A DNA stretch of 64,000 nucleotides from Lytechinus pictus. Its lineage: Eukaryota. The notes beneath the pieces were generated by a model that searched no databases, was not told the DNA's origin, and saw only the letters and a program-made list of their open reading frames with translations. A program made the translations under genes and the position numbers. Of this stretch, positions 48,371-59,700 are shown piece after piece. The DNA lies in contig NC_087249.1 in assembly GCF_037042905.1 (NCBI RefSeq), forward strand, positions 3,410,001 through 3,474,000. Direction: 5' to 3'. How positions within the stretch are numbered: position 1 is the first letter of the stretch; each line of letters starts with the position of its first letter.

Positions 48371-51300
48371 ATAGGCATATGTATGTGTGTGTGTGTGAGA
48401 GTTTGTTTGCTTTGTGTGATCGAACGCCTTTGGAAAGTTGATTCATGATTTTGCCCCCCCCAATCTGAAAAATGGATCGACGCCCCTGCCCCTTTCATAA
48501 ACCCATCCTCCAATTAGCCGCCTAAGAGTAATGCGGATAATTCAATAAAAATGGCGTTCACAAACTCCGAAAATAATCCGCACTATTTTTACGAGCGCCC
48601 GTCCTGAAAAAGGCGGATAATCATCATGGCAACCGCACACACCCCCTCCGATGCGGTTGTGTTGGAAAAGGGTGACCTTGTGACCGCACCATGGCAATTA
48701 TCCGCATTACTTTGGAAATGCGTTCATAAAGTCAAAATCTGGTCCCGATGCCGCTATTATGCGGATAATTGCAGCATCAAGATAATGCGGATAACTCTGG
48801 TCCTCCTCCGAATTTACGACCAAATTATGCTGCTATTAGCCGCATAATTGGGTTTATGAAAGGGGTATGTCTTGCAATTAATTGCAAATTAGAAATTGAT
48901 TGCTGTTCTGCTCCTTAAAACAAGAAGTATAATCTGATTTGCTACAGCTAACCTGGAACTATCACTTGTAAAATTGCAACAGAATATTTACAATTTATTG
49001 ATTGCAAATATTTTCTTGCAACACCCCCTTAGTTTGATAATCAGTTTATATCTAATATAGATATCAACTGAAATCATTTGAAATAAACCCAGATCGGTTA
49101 TGGTTAGTGACCTGGTGACCAGTTGGTCTCTGGATTCGATTTTGATCCTAAATGTATATTTTTTCATATCTCAGTATTAGGCCTACATAACGAATTAATT
49201 CGGAAGTGAAAACCCGGTGTTGGTCTACGATTTCCCTTTTGTTTCCCTTTCTTAATGTTTACATGGGAGCGTAATTAAAATTAATGCCATTACTATAATA
49301 TTGTTATGATTTTGTTTGTGGTTTTTTTTTTGTCAGATTTTTTAAGGCAATTTCCCCTTTATTCATGAAATCCTAATATTATCTCCTATAATCGTGCATT
49401 ATTTGCTTTATTGTTATTCTTGATATCAGCTTCGGAATTCGTCTCGCTACGTGAAAACACAATCAGAAGATGTACTCGAAAAACGACATGCCCCGGAAAA
49501 GTCTTCGAGCCTCATTGCACTCTTCGCCAAGTATGTTGAGGATATTCGCTCATCCGGTAAATCATCGTATTCGGAACCGGAAGATGGGTGGGTTATTGTG
49601 TACAACATGTTTTTTGCTGCTGCAGACACTATCCACGAAGTCCTCCTGTGGCTTACACTATTTCTTGCCGCTCATTCACATATCCAAGTCAAGGTAAAAT
49701 GGGAGCGAGGCATGGAACATGTGGAGATTGTTATGTTAGATAAACGTACGGTTCACTATTTCTGAAATATATTAATCTAAGACTGGTATGGAGCTGTTTA
49801 AAAGAAGCCAGACATAATATATTTGTGTAATGTTTTTAGATCATATTGGTTTAATATTGGAGCCGAGAGTTTGCAAATAACCTGATAATTACGTTGGATA
49901 TTTTTTTTTTTTCTGAAGACCGGGTACAGTTAATTTCTTTATATTGTTATAAAAGGAGAAATAGAGGTAAAACAGATAAAGCATAGAAAAATAACGACTT
50001 TGATAGTTTTTTTGTGTCTTTAAAGAAAAGTATATACGTTTTGATCGAGGCATAAGTCTGGATGACAAAAGCTTCAATGAAAAATAGGAAGGAAAGTTTT
50101 CGTTAATCTTATTACCTAGCTTTGTCTACGGGTGTTTTTTTAACGATTTGTTTGTTTGTTTGTTTCTGTTTATGGTAACTCCCGTATAGGAACTCGGCAG
50201 GACAGCATTTTTGCTGATAAACGCCAAGCTGGTATATAACCAATTACAGAGGAAACATTTGATTTAAATTGTACTTCTTGACTATCAATTCGTCTTGGAA
50301 GGTCATTTTGCAAAAGAAAATATTTTGTCACTATGATCATTTGGACAGTGAATCTGACAAAGAAATACAAAAAATATATATTTGATTGAAAACGGTATCA
50401 TAGATAACAAAGAGCTTTCTTTTATGTTTTTATTTTTCTTTTATTTTGAACACAATTTTGGTTTCAACAGATGCGAAACGAAATAGAAACTATCATCAAT
50501 TCTGGCGGAACTGCACCACTGTACGACCAGCGATCTCATTTCCCAGTCGTGATGAGTACCATTTTGGAAGTTCTGCGCATGCGTCCCGCTGCTCCAATGG
50601 GTGTTCCCCACATTGCATCCGAGACGGGGAGTATAGGTGGATACAGTATACCAAAAGGTAGTCAGATATTCCCTAACATATGGGGGATGCACAACGACCT
50701 GGATATTTGGGAAGATCCTGGAGTCTTCAACCCTAACCGGTTTGTCGATGAATCCGGTAAACTGAACGAGGATAAAGCAAAGTTGGTGATTCCATTCTCA
50801 ATAGGTATAACAATATTACAAGTTTTTTTTTCCAGCAGAAAGTGGGAAAGAGAAAGGGGCGCGGGAAAAGGGATAGCGATCGAGGAGAGAGATATTTTGA
50901 CGTAACTATGATAACAGTCTTGATAACCCTTATTTTAAAGTAGTTACTAAATGTATAAAGTCTATTCATTAATNNNNNNNNNNNNNNNNNNNNNNNNNNN
51001 NNNNNNNNNNNNNNNNNNNNNNNNNNNNNNNNNNNNNNNNNNNNNNNNNNNNNNNNNNNNNNNNNNNNNNNNNNNNNNNNNNNNNNNNNNNNNNNNNNNN
51101 NNNNNNNNNNNNNNNNNNNNNNNNNNNNNNNNNNNNNNNNNNNNNNNNNNNNNNNNNNNNNNNNNNNNNNNNNNNNNNNNNNNNNNNNNNNNNNNNNNNN
51201 NNNNNNNNNNNNNNNNNNNNNNNNNNNNNNNNNNNNNNNNNNNNNNNNTTTTTCAGCAGGATTCTTGCTATCTATCCTTCCCACTCCGAATTGAGACACT

Positions 51301-51724
51301 AGTTTTCATCCGGACCCATCACAATTCCCATTCTCTATATTTCTCCCACCCAATCCCTTTGTCATTGGCTCATTAGATCATGTAGTTATTTTTATAAACT
51401 TCTAGCTGCTATCGTGCCCAGCAAATTCCTCAATCACACGATCTACCCAATAACCTAAACCTCGTTCACATTATTTTGTCACAACCTATTCTAGGACCAA
51501 GATCTTGTCCAGGTGAACAGGTAGCCAGGAGAGTCATCTTCCAGACCGTGGTCAGCATGGTCACCAGGTATAGGATATCACTTCCCGAAGGAACACACTC
51601 ACCTCGGTTGGACAACGAGAAACGATCCTTCACTATGAATCCAGAAAGGTTCAAAGTTGTCTTCGTCAAGACGCATTCAAATCAGATTCAAGTTAAAGAC
51701 CTGGAAACATCAATCGCGATGTAA
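46010..51724 (+). CDS. Cytochrome P450, microsomal, clan-2-like; 6 exons, ~530 aa
   Basis: Exons 46010-46226, 46582-46761, 47265-47632 (donor weak, least certain), 49430-49693, 50471-50804, 51495-51724 sum to 1593 nt in frame. N-terminal TM anchor plus LPGP hinge, C-helix WNESR, I-helix FAAADT, K-helix EVLR, PNRF meander, heme motif FSIG|PRSCPG split by a phase-1 intron. Confidence 0.9.
47704..48865. mobile_element. TA-flanked MITE nested in the Harbinger MITE
   Basis: After removing the hAT insert, ends read CCCCTTTCATAAACCCA / TGGGTTTATGAAAGGGG, with TA on both sides. Confidence 0.75.
47712..48488. mobile_element. Non-autonomous hAT-type element
   Basis: TIR CAGAGGCGTCGATCC / GGATCGACGCCCCTG; perfect 8-bp TSD CCCCTTTC (47704-47711, 48489-48496); poly-G subterminal tracts and CAGCTCGCGCTTCGCGCTCGC internal repeats. 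Confidence 0.85.
50974..51248. other. Assembly gap (275 N) in CYP intron 5
   Basis: Run of N. Confidence 1.
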
Positions 51725-53407
51725 TACAATAGGGGGCCTATCTGATATCTCTTTTTGATTGAACAACTCAATGGAGCTTATTTGCCTCAATACCTGAACA
51801 TTTTTGCAGAAGCTGGACGATTTTAAATGCGGAGCCTTTTCAGTTTATGAAAATAATCCGTTTTTCTTATAGTGCTTATCACATCAATCGGAATGACGTC
51901 TCTCTCATATTCGCTTCTTATGTATATTCTTACTTGCTTGTGTGTTTGTGTGTGTGTATATAATATTTTCATGAAATTGTTGATCTATGTATTCCGTGAG
52001 CAGTTAAGCGAATTTTACGATATTACAAATCTAAAATAGTTTAAAATATGAATTGCTTATTATTGTGTGTCAAAATAGATATAGATATAATGTAAAAGAA
52101 ATCATCTTCAGTACCACCGAGTTTTCTAATGATTCATTACAATTTGAAACTGGAGTTCAACTAGCTGAAAAGTGACTGGTTGTTTGATTGACTGATAGAT
52201 TGTTGATTAAGTGATTGATAGCTGAATGGTGATTGAATACTTGATTGAGACTGATTTATTGGTTTATTGATTAATTTATCGATTTATAATTAATTGATTG
52301 ATTTTTGATCAAGCAATTGATAGCTGAATGCTGATTGCATTGTCTATAACACGGTAGTGATTATTTAGTGATAGGTTGTGATCGTGATCGACTTCAGATG
52401 GAGTGTCAAGTTAAAATTCAAGTTCGTCTTTATATATATCCATATTGAAAATTTGTTTTGAACACAGTTCTTTTCTAAGTAACATGACAAAAAGAGAGAC
52501 TTATGAGGTAAATATATAGCCTGAGTAAAAATTATTTGCGTAGACAGAAAGTATTATATTAAAAATGCAACCTTGAAGCCAAATCGATCCTTTTTGTGTT
52601 TTCAATATCATAAAATTCAGGCGAGGTCTTAGCCCTTAGAAGGTATGCAAAGCGTCAATGCAAGATCGAGTAATGGAATTCGGAATGATGGATATGGTAT
52701 GTGGTCTTCATATTTTGAAGGGATCGAGACCAATGAATATGGAAGATATAGTACATAAGCACACCCTGGAAGAAAGGGAAAGATGGAAGGAGAGAGGGAG
52801 AGAGAGAGAGAGAGGGGGGGGGAGAGACAGGGGGAGATAGAGGCGTATATATAGCCTTTTGACTGGGCAAACTTAAATTAAATGTGTGGGCCATTTTATA
52901 AGGAAGCCCCCTCCCCCCCCCCGTGGGCACATATGCACCGAATTTATGAAGATAAACTTAATGATAATAATGAAAAATCCAGATTGGGAGATATCTAAAA
53001 CTTTGCTATATAAAAGTGGCAATCGGAGAAATTTTCCCCATATGACTCTAACGGGACTTGCACTGGCATAAAAATGGGGCGATTTTTTGGATGGTTGCCC
53101 CCAAAAAAGGTTTCAAAGACTTAAAATGAGGAGACAAGTAAGCAATTGAAGAAGAAAATGGTAAAAATGAAATTATTTTCTCGATATAAAATATGTCAAA
53201 CTTTGTCACAATATAAGATTTCCATTTTAGATTGATATTGTTGCTAGCTCGCTTCCCTAGCTTGGGACTTTTTAGACCCCCACCCAGTACGCCATTATTC
53301 TGTCCGTCAAATTACGCAATGCTGATTTTTATGTTTTTAAAGGACAAGTCCACCCCAACAAAAAGTTGATTTGAATAAAAAGAGAAAAATCCAACAAGCA
53401 TAACACT

Positions 53408-55089
53408 CAGTGGCGTAACTACGGGCGGGGGGCATGGGGGTGGGGGGGGGGGGGGTCGATCGGCTGGCCAAAAAAAAAAGGAGAAAAGAAAGAGAAACGT
53501 AGTGGGAAAGAAGAAATTATTGTTCTTTATGATTTTATCATTACTATTATGTAAACACAATTTGCTCAGGGCCTATGTCTTCATTGTTCCTGGTGCTCGT
53601 ATTGTCTGTTTAACGAGATATATAATCCTGTTGTGCTAAAACCTTCCGTTTTCAAATCAATATACTCCAAACATATTTCCTCGCACTTCGAGTTATTATT
53701 GTTTTATGTAGTGACATATGCTTCTTTTTCATGACAACTAAAGCGATTGCCCCACTCTAAGGTCTTCAAATAAAACATTTCCTTCCGTGCTCACGTTTGC
53801 AATAGTGGATTGGTGAGGTATGTCTGATCTTCATGAATTCCTAAAATCAGTCCTTAATTAATGTCCCTTTTTCTGATCTGAATATCAATTAAAAAAATTT
53901 CAGCTCGCGCTTCGCGCTCGCATAATTTGGTTAGTGAAATGCGTATGGTCTTAGTGAATTCCTACAAACGAGCCTTAATTAGAATGTCCCTCTTCAGGTC
54001 TGAACTTCCTGAATTTTCAGCTCGCGCTTCGCATTCGCAATATTTGATTTGCGAGATGCGTATGAGAATCATGATTACAATGACTATAAAAAGTAATTCA
54101 TGTGTTTAGATGTAGTTCTAGCAAAATCAGCAAGCGCTTGGCACTCGATTAGATGACTATGGTGAGATATGTATACTCTTAATGGATTCCTTAAAAAATA
54201 GCCCTTAAAATATGCCTGTATGGGGTAAATGTATACAAGTTCAGCTTGCGCTTTGCGCTCGCGTTGTTGTTTAGCGAGACAGGTACGTATCATAACAAAA
54301 ATTAGCTTTAAAGGAGAATGAAACCCTTGAAACCAGCTGAATCCATATCAAAGAGAAAAATCAAAGAAACATATTGTTGAAAGTTTGAGGAAGATTGAAT
54401 GAATAATAAGAAAGTTATGAGCATTTGAATATTGAGATCACTAATGCCATGTAGATCCTTCCTGTTGGCAATGCAACCATAAGATCTGTGATGTCACACA
54501 CGTACAACTCCCTCATTACTTTAGTACTTATTTCCCTTATATTCTCACTTTTATAGAGTCTATCACAAGGTGAGGTGTTCTCTTTATGAGAGGACAAGTA
54601 CAGAGGTTTCACAACATTATATCATTGATGAATCGTTTGTCATATGATTAGAATAAGCAAAAGGAGATGTTTTGGGGTATATTTTCAGCGTCCAAAAGGG
54701 GAGAGTTGTTCATCTGTGACATCATAGATATTGCTCGCATTGCCAATGGGAGGATCTCCATAGCATTAGTGATCTCGACATTTAAATGCTCATAACTCTT
54801 CTATTGCTAGTCCTATTTTACTCAAACTTTTGTTGATCTTATTCTTTGATTTTTCTGCTTTCACAAAAGCTAACTTGCTCCAAGAGTTTCATTCTCCTTT
54901 AATGTCTATTTTTAGGTCTGAATATCAAAAATTTTAAGCTTGTGCTCGCATTATTTGATCAGTGAGATACACATTCGTTTAATGGCATTGCGCCGTCCTT
55001 AAAATGTATTAGGTTAGTATACTCACACTGAGTGACTCAAAATTTTTGCTGGTGCCCCCCCCAATGCTGTGACCCACGGTACGCCACTG
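53408..55089. mobile_element. Non-autonomous hAT-type element
   Basis: TIR CAGTGGCGTA / TACGCCACTG; 8-bp TSD ATAACACT / ATGACACT (one mismatch); shares CAGCTCGCGCTTCGCGCTCGC repeats with 47712-48488. Confidence 0.8.
54312..54898. mobile_element. Kolobok-type MITE nested in the hAT element
   Basis: TTAA TSD 54308-54311 / 54899-54902; TIR AGGAGAATGAAACCCTTG / CAAGAGTTTCATTCTCCT. Confidence 0.85.
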
Positions 55090-56780
55090 ATGACACTGAA
55101 AATTTTATCAAAATCGGATGTAAAATAAACGATTAATTCCTCCCTGAAAATGCGGAATTAGCATTGTTTAATACTATATGGTTCCCTCAGTTAAGTTGGT
55201 CCTTATTGTCAAATCTATGAAAAATGAAATATTATATAATTCAAACAATAAAAAACAAAAGAAATAGTGAGTGATGGACATCATCGACTGACTGACCTAG
55301 TTGTGCATGTATATCACCGTGTTTTGTGAAAAATAAGCGAAATTTTAAAATATCAAAACTTTCTTATTTTACATCCGGCATGCCAGTTTGATTTTTTTTA
55401 CTTATTAAAGTCAGCATTTTCCTGGGGTGGACTTGACCTTTAATAAAGTAAAATGGTAGAGTTAAAAAGGGAGAGATTATTGTTAGTATTATCATTAATT
55501 TTTTTTAATTATTGTTATATAGGTGGATCCAGGGGGCCAAAGCAGTCGCACTTCCCCCTATATTGGCGGGGCAAACTACAGGGAAGGGGGGGGGGGGGGG
55601 ATTAGGCCATCGAATCAAATTGAGCATTTATCTCGCCCTTTGTGCTCGCATAGCCTAAAATAGATTTTTAAAATCTGCTCAAGAGGATAAAGGTAGGCCT
55701 ATAATTATGTAAGAGTAAAATATTCATTCCAATGTAGCAGCTTATATAGTTGTCTAAATTATATATCACTAGACCTTGGGTATATTCAGGCAGTGATACA
55801 ACCACCATGACCACATGACCATATAATAACAATACTTTAACCAAATGAAAACACCACCATCAGTGGCAAACAATAGATTCCCTCAGATTAATCTTCCTCC
55901 CTTCATTAGTTCGTCTCAATCCTTATTCATTACTCTTTGTTCCCTACATCTTCCAGACCTGTCCTTTGTTCTATTTCATTTAGTTGTCTACTCATGTACA
56001 GTCACAATAGATAAGTCCAAAGGGGTAAACACCTCCCCTCAGAGTATAAATTAGAGGTGCTTGATATTCTCTAGGTTCTTTCCTTAGTCTTCGGACTACT
56101 ACTCCATAAGCTTGCGCTCCTGCCCTTTGAGGCCTTGATAGGGGAGTGCCCGAGTTCTCAACAAGCGACTGTTCATTTATATATATATATGTCTGCGTGA
56201 TTAAATATCATCTGAACTTTATATACTTTGAGTTGGATTCCCTTATTGAAGTCTTACCACTAGCTAACACTCATCCATACCTACCACGCTACATTTAAAG
56301 AGTGTTACAATTATATGATTCCTGTTCATGATTGAGCGGTGCTGGATCGATATAAAAAAATTGATTAGTGAAATATATTTAGCTTCTTCAATGATTCAAA
56401 CAAACTTGTCACAAATATGATTCTTTGAACTCAACTGGCACTTTTTAGGCATTTAGTCTATCGACTACTAGTATATGCGGCTCTAATCTAATGGTCCTTA
56501 TTACAAAAAATATATATATATAAAAAATAGCTGAATTATTTGTCTTATGTATGGTTACATACTAAGTAAGTCGACTACATTACAATTGCTAAATTCAATC
56601 AAATATTGCATGAAATATACGGTATCACTGAACTAGAGATACGTATTTACGTATATACGTACATGTATTTCTAGTTCAGTGTACGGTATACGGTACGCGT
56701 AAATCTAAGCTGAACATAGCCAACAATCTTGGTCCTTACACGAATCTGTAGTGTAGCTGTCCATACGCGACTTCATCACC

Positions 56781-59700
56781 ATGTCTGGCAAAAAAGCAAA
56801 GGGGAAATCCGACAATTCGTTGGAAAAGGAGGACGTTCTCCAAGCAGTTGTTATTGCAGATAGCTTCAATACTAGGTTTTCTCCTGTAAGCCTGGAAAAA
56901 CCGCGAGTGAGTATCTGCTTATGCCTACAGATACAATAATTTTTGGTAGAATTTGTAAGCAGCTGGTGTGTGATGCGTGCGGATGCGGTACCGTATACGG
57001 TACGGTACCCGTACGTAGTAGCCGGCTTCAGTCCCCCGGGCTCGGGCCGTCCCGTCCCAGGTGGGCCGTGGGTAGACAGCTGGCAGCCGTCTGTTTCGAG
57101 GAGTTTTTTAACATTTTTTAATTTTTTTAATTTCTCCTCATACACAGACGGCTCGCTATCGTGCAGCCACCATTAGGGGACTTACAATGCAAAATCCCCC
57201 CGTCGGGGCTCTTCAATTTTTGTCTTTAATGAATCAAACTTTTGAAAATTAACGCGACCGAAATGCAAATTAATATTCCCTCTTGGCATTAATTGCCAAA
57301 AAACGGGGAAAATCAAGTTAAAAGGAACAAAAACAGTGACTTACCTCGGCTGTCGCACAACTTCACTGCCCTGTTTTATCCAAACTTAATACACATAAAC
57401 ATATGGCCATTGAGTCCCCTGTACAGATCGCGCTAGAACTTCGGTCTCTGTATTTGGTGAGTGAAGCCAACGGAGTTCAGCTGAACAACCAACATAACAG
57501 AGACAGACTGAAGCTTTTGGTCTAGGCCGTGGGTAGCCTGGGGCCCGTTTCTCAACACATGGACAAGTTACTTAGTCATATCTATATCCACCAACCACGG
57601 AGTTAGTTCCAATCTTACTAAACCTGTTTCTCGAAAGGCTTCCTAACTTATAGAATACCTTGATATCGATACTCGGTAAAAAGAGCAGACGAGACGTAGC
57701 CTTAGACTTTTAGTCACAAAATAGCATCATTTTCAAAAAGAAAAATTATGACAAAATTGCAAATATTGTGATGAATTGGGAAATAAATCTTTTCAAAATA
57801 ATAGCACAGGTGAATTATGCATCATACATACTTAGGCCATGAAGACTGGACCATTCAACATGTTCAATAGCAGTGAAAATTGATTTATGAATAATTCATT
57901 TCATGACTAAAAAATCACTTGTTGTGGATGTTGAGATGGGTACCCCCGGGATATCAAATTTTAATAGTTTACGAAAGTAAACCATAACGATTTTCTATGT
58001 AAAATGATGATAATTATACGGTCTTTTATGACTCCGAAAGTCATCAAAATTATAGTTTAACGAAACATTTTTTAATAATTGATACCGAAACATACGAAAT
58101 TTGACAAATTATATGCATAAATTAGAGATAGAATTATCCAACTGTTAATAGGGGTCTGAAAACAACTAATACGAGTTCAGTTATGGATGGCCTGACGTGG
58201 TAGAATCTTTATCGATTAAATCATTTTACTATTTCAAAATGAATGGTTCTGTGGCGTTTTGTTATTACCAACAGTTTTTATAGTTTCTTTGTATTACAAT
58301 TATCATTGAATGCATTATCCCACTTGTTTTGTGATGTAATTTCAACCTCTATGATTGATTACGTAAGATTATAATTTGAAAATTTCTAGGCACTTTTGCA
58401 TGTCAGTCTACCCACGTGATGCCATACGTCATTAAGAAAGAAGTTATGACAGGTTCGGAGGTGTCATAAATATTTAGTGAGGTTGTACCCGATCTTGGTA
58501 AAGAGGGCTTCGTGAAACGGTTAGCAGACAAGTAGCTCACTATCTCCGATTTAGTCAAGAAGTTAGACTTATGACGGTGTTGAGAGACGGGCCCCTGGAG
58601 GCGTCTGGGGAGTAAAATTATTTCTACTATACGTAGGCTTACTCCCCGTGCATATTGCATTAATGAACATGCATACCAACGAACGTAGAGGGCAGCAACA
58701 CACTTCAGTGTTGCTGCTGTCCTCTACGTTCGTTGATGCATACATGCTACTAGTACGGGCGACCAAGCGTTCCATCACCGTAGTAACGTGATGTGCACGT
58801 GAATATTGCTTTCGCTATGCATGGAAATTTCCAGAACGAATTGCGCACAAACGCTGCTGGGAGAGCTGCATTGCGTAAGTAGTATGTAGTGTTGTACTTA
58901 TAAATTTATTGTGGGTCCAATCTGGTAAGGTGTGCGATCGCGATCGGTAGGCTGGTTTCACAGAGCTTAATTTGTGCAATTCCTAGACTGGATTTTATAG
59001 ATTGTATTATCAATTAGGATGCTTTTGGAACCAATTTTTTTATACTTTAAAACTAAGATTTCTCACCGAATTCACTGTTTTTTTCAAAACTGTGTTTTCC
59101 GCTTTCTACCCCGGTTTCCGCGATTTCCGCGGAAAATCCGCAAAGCGGAAAACTTAGGGCAGTATCTATGGGGAATGGTTGACTTTGATATCATTACACC
59201 TTGACATTCATATTCTATTAAATAACAACTCTAGTTACCTGCCATCCATGTAGGAACTCAGTTTCTAACCACATCTTTTCATTTTGTTTATGTTTGAAGG
59301 CATTGCTTCCTCTGGTGAACTGTCCAATCATTGACTACACGCTGGAGTTTCTTGCAACCAACGGTGTTCAGGAAATATTTGTCTTCTGCAGTTCACATTC
59401 CAACCAAATCAAACATCATGTTGAGTAAGTTTATTTTCTGATCAATTTTTGCAGGTTAATTTAATATTTAAAAAAAAATATCTTAAGAGCAGTTTGATAA
59501 TCAAGTCACATTCAATATAATTTGTAATTAAACACAATCTCATTCTCATGTTGTCATAAAGTAGGAACAAAGTTGATATAATTCCACAAGGGGCTGTTTC
59601 ATAAAACTGTAAAGTTACATATGACTTAACAAATGATAAGAATTTATGTGAAATGCTAAAATTTTGTTCTGAAGTTTTTCTTAAATTTGAACGAATTTTG

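Larger units (their letters stand above)
47649..49028. mobile_element. PIF/Harbinger-type MITE (TTA TSD) in CYP intron 3, hosting two nested elements
   Basis: TIR GGGGTGTTGCAAGAAA / TTTCTTGCAACACCCC; TTA at 47646-47648 and 49029-49031. Confidence 0.75.
53341..55439. mobile_element. Kolobok-type MITE family A (inverted relative to 20043), interrupted by a hAT element
   Basis: TTAA TSD 53337-53340 / 55440-55443; ends AGGACAAGTCCACCCC / GGGGTGGACTTGACCT. Confidence 0.85.

Noticed and set aside
50733-51376. ORFs of 188 and 141 aa containing X runs
   Set aside because: Artefacts of the N gap.
56085-56160. Hairpin-forming segment considered as a ribozyme or ncRNA
   Set aside because: No hammerhead or HDV core recognisable; more simply the 3' stem-loop of a LINE remnant.
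56705-57176. ORFs overlapping EIF2B5 exon 1/intron 1, and a - strand donor-like GAG|GTAAGT near 57345
   Set aside because: GC-rich promoter-proximal sequence gives chance ORFs. The donor-like site lies inside a probable TA-flanked MITE (~57141-57452), and no partner exons were found.
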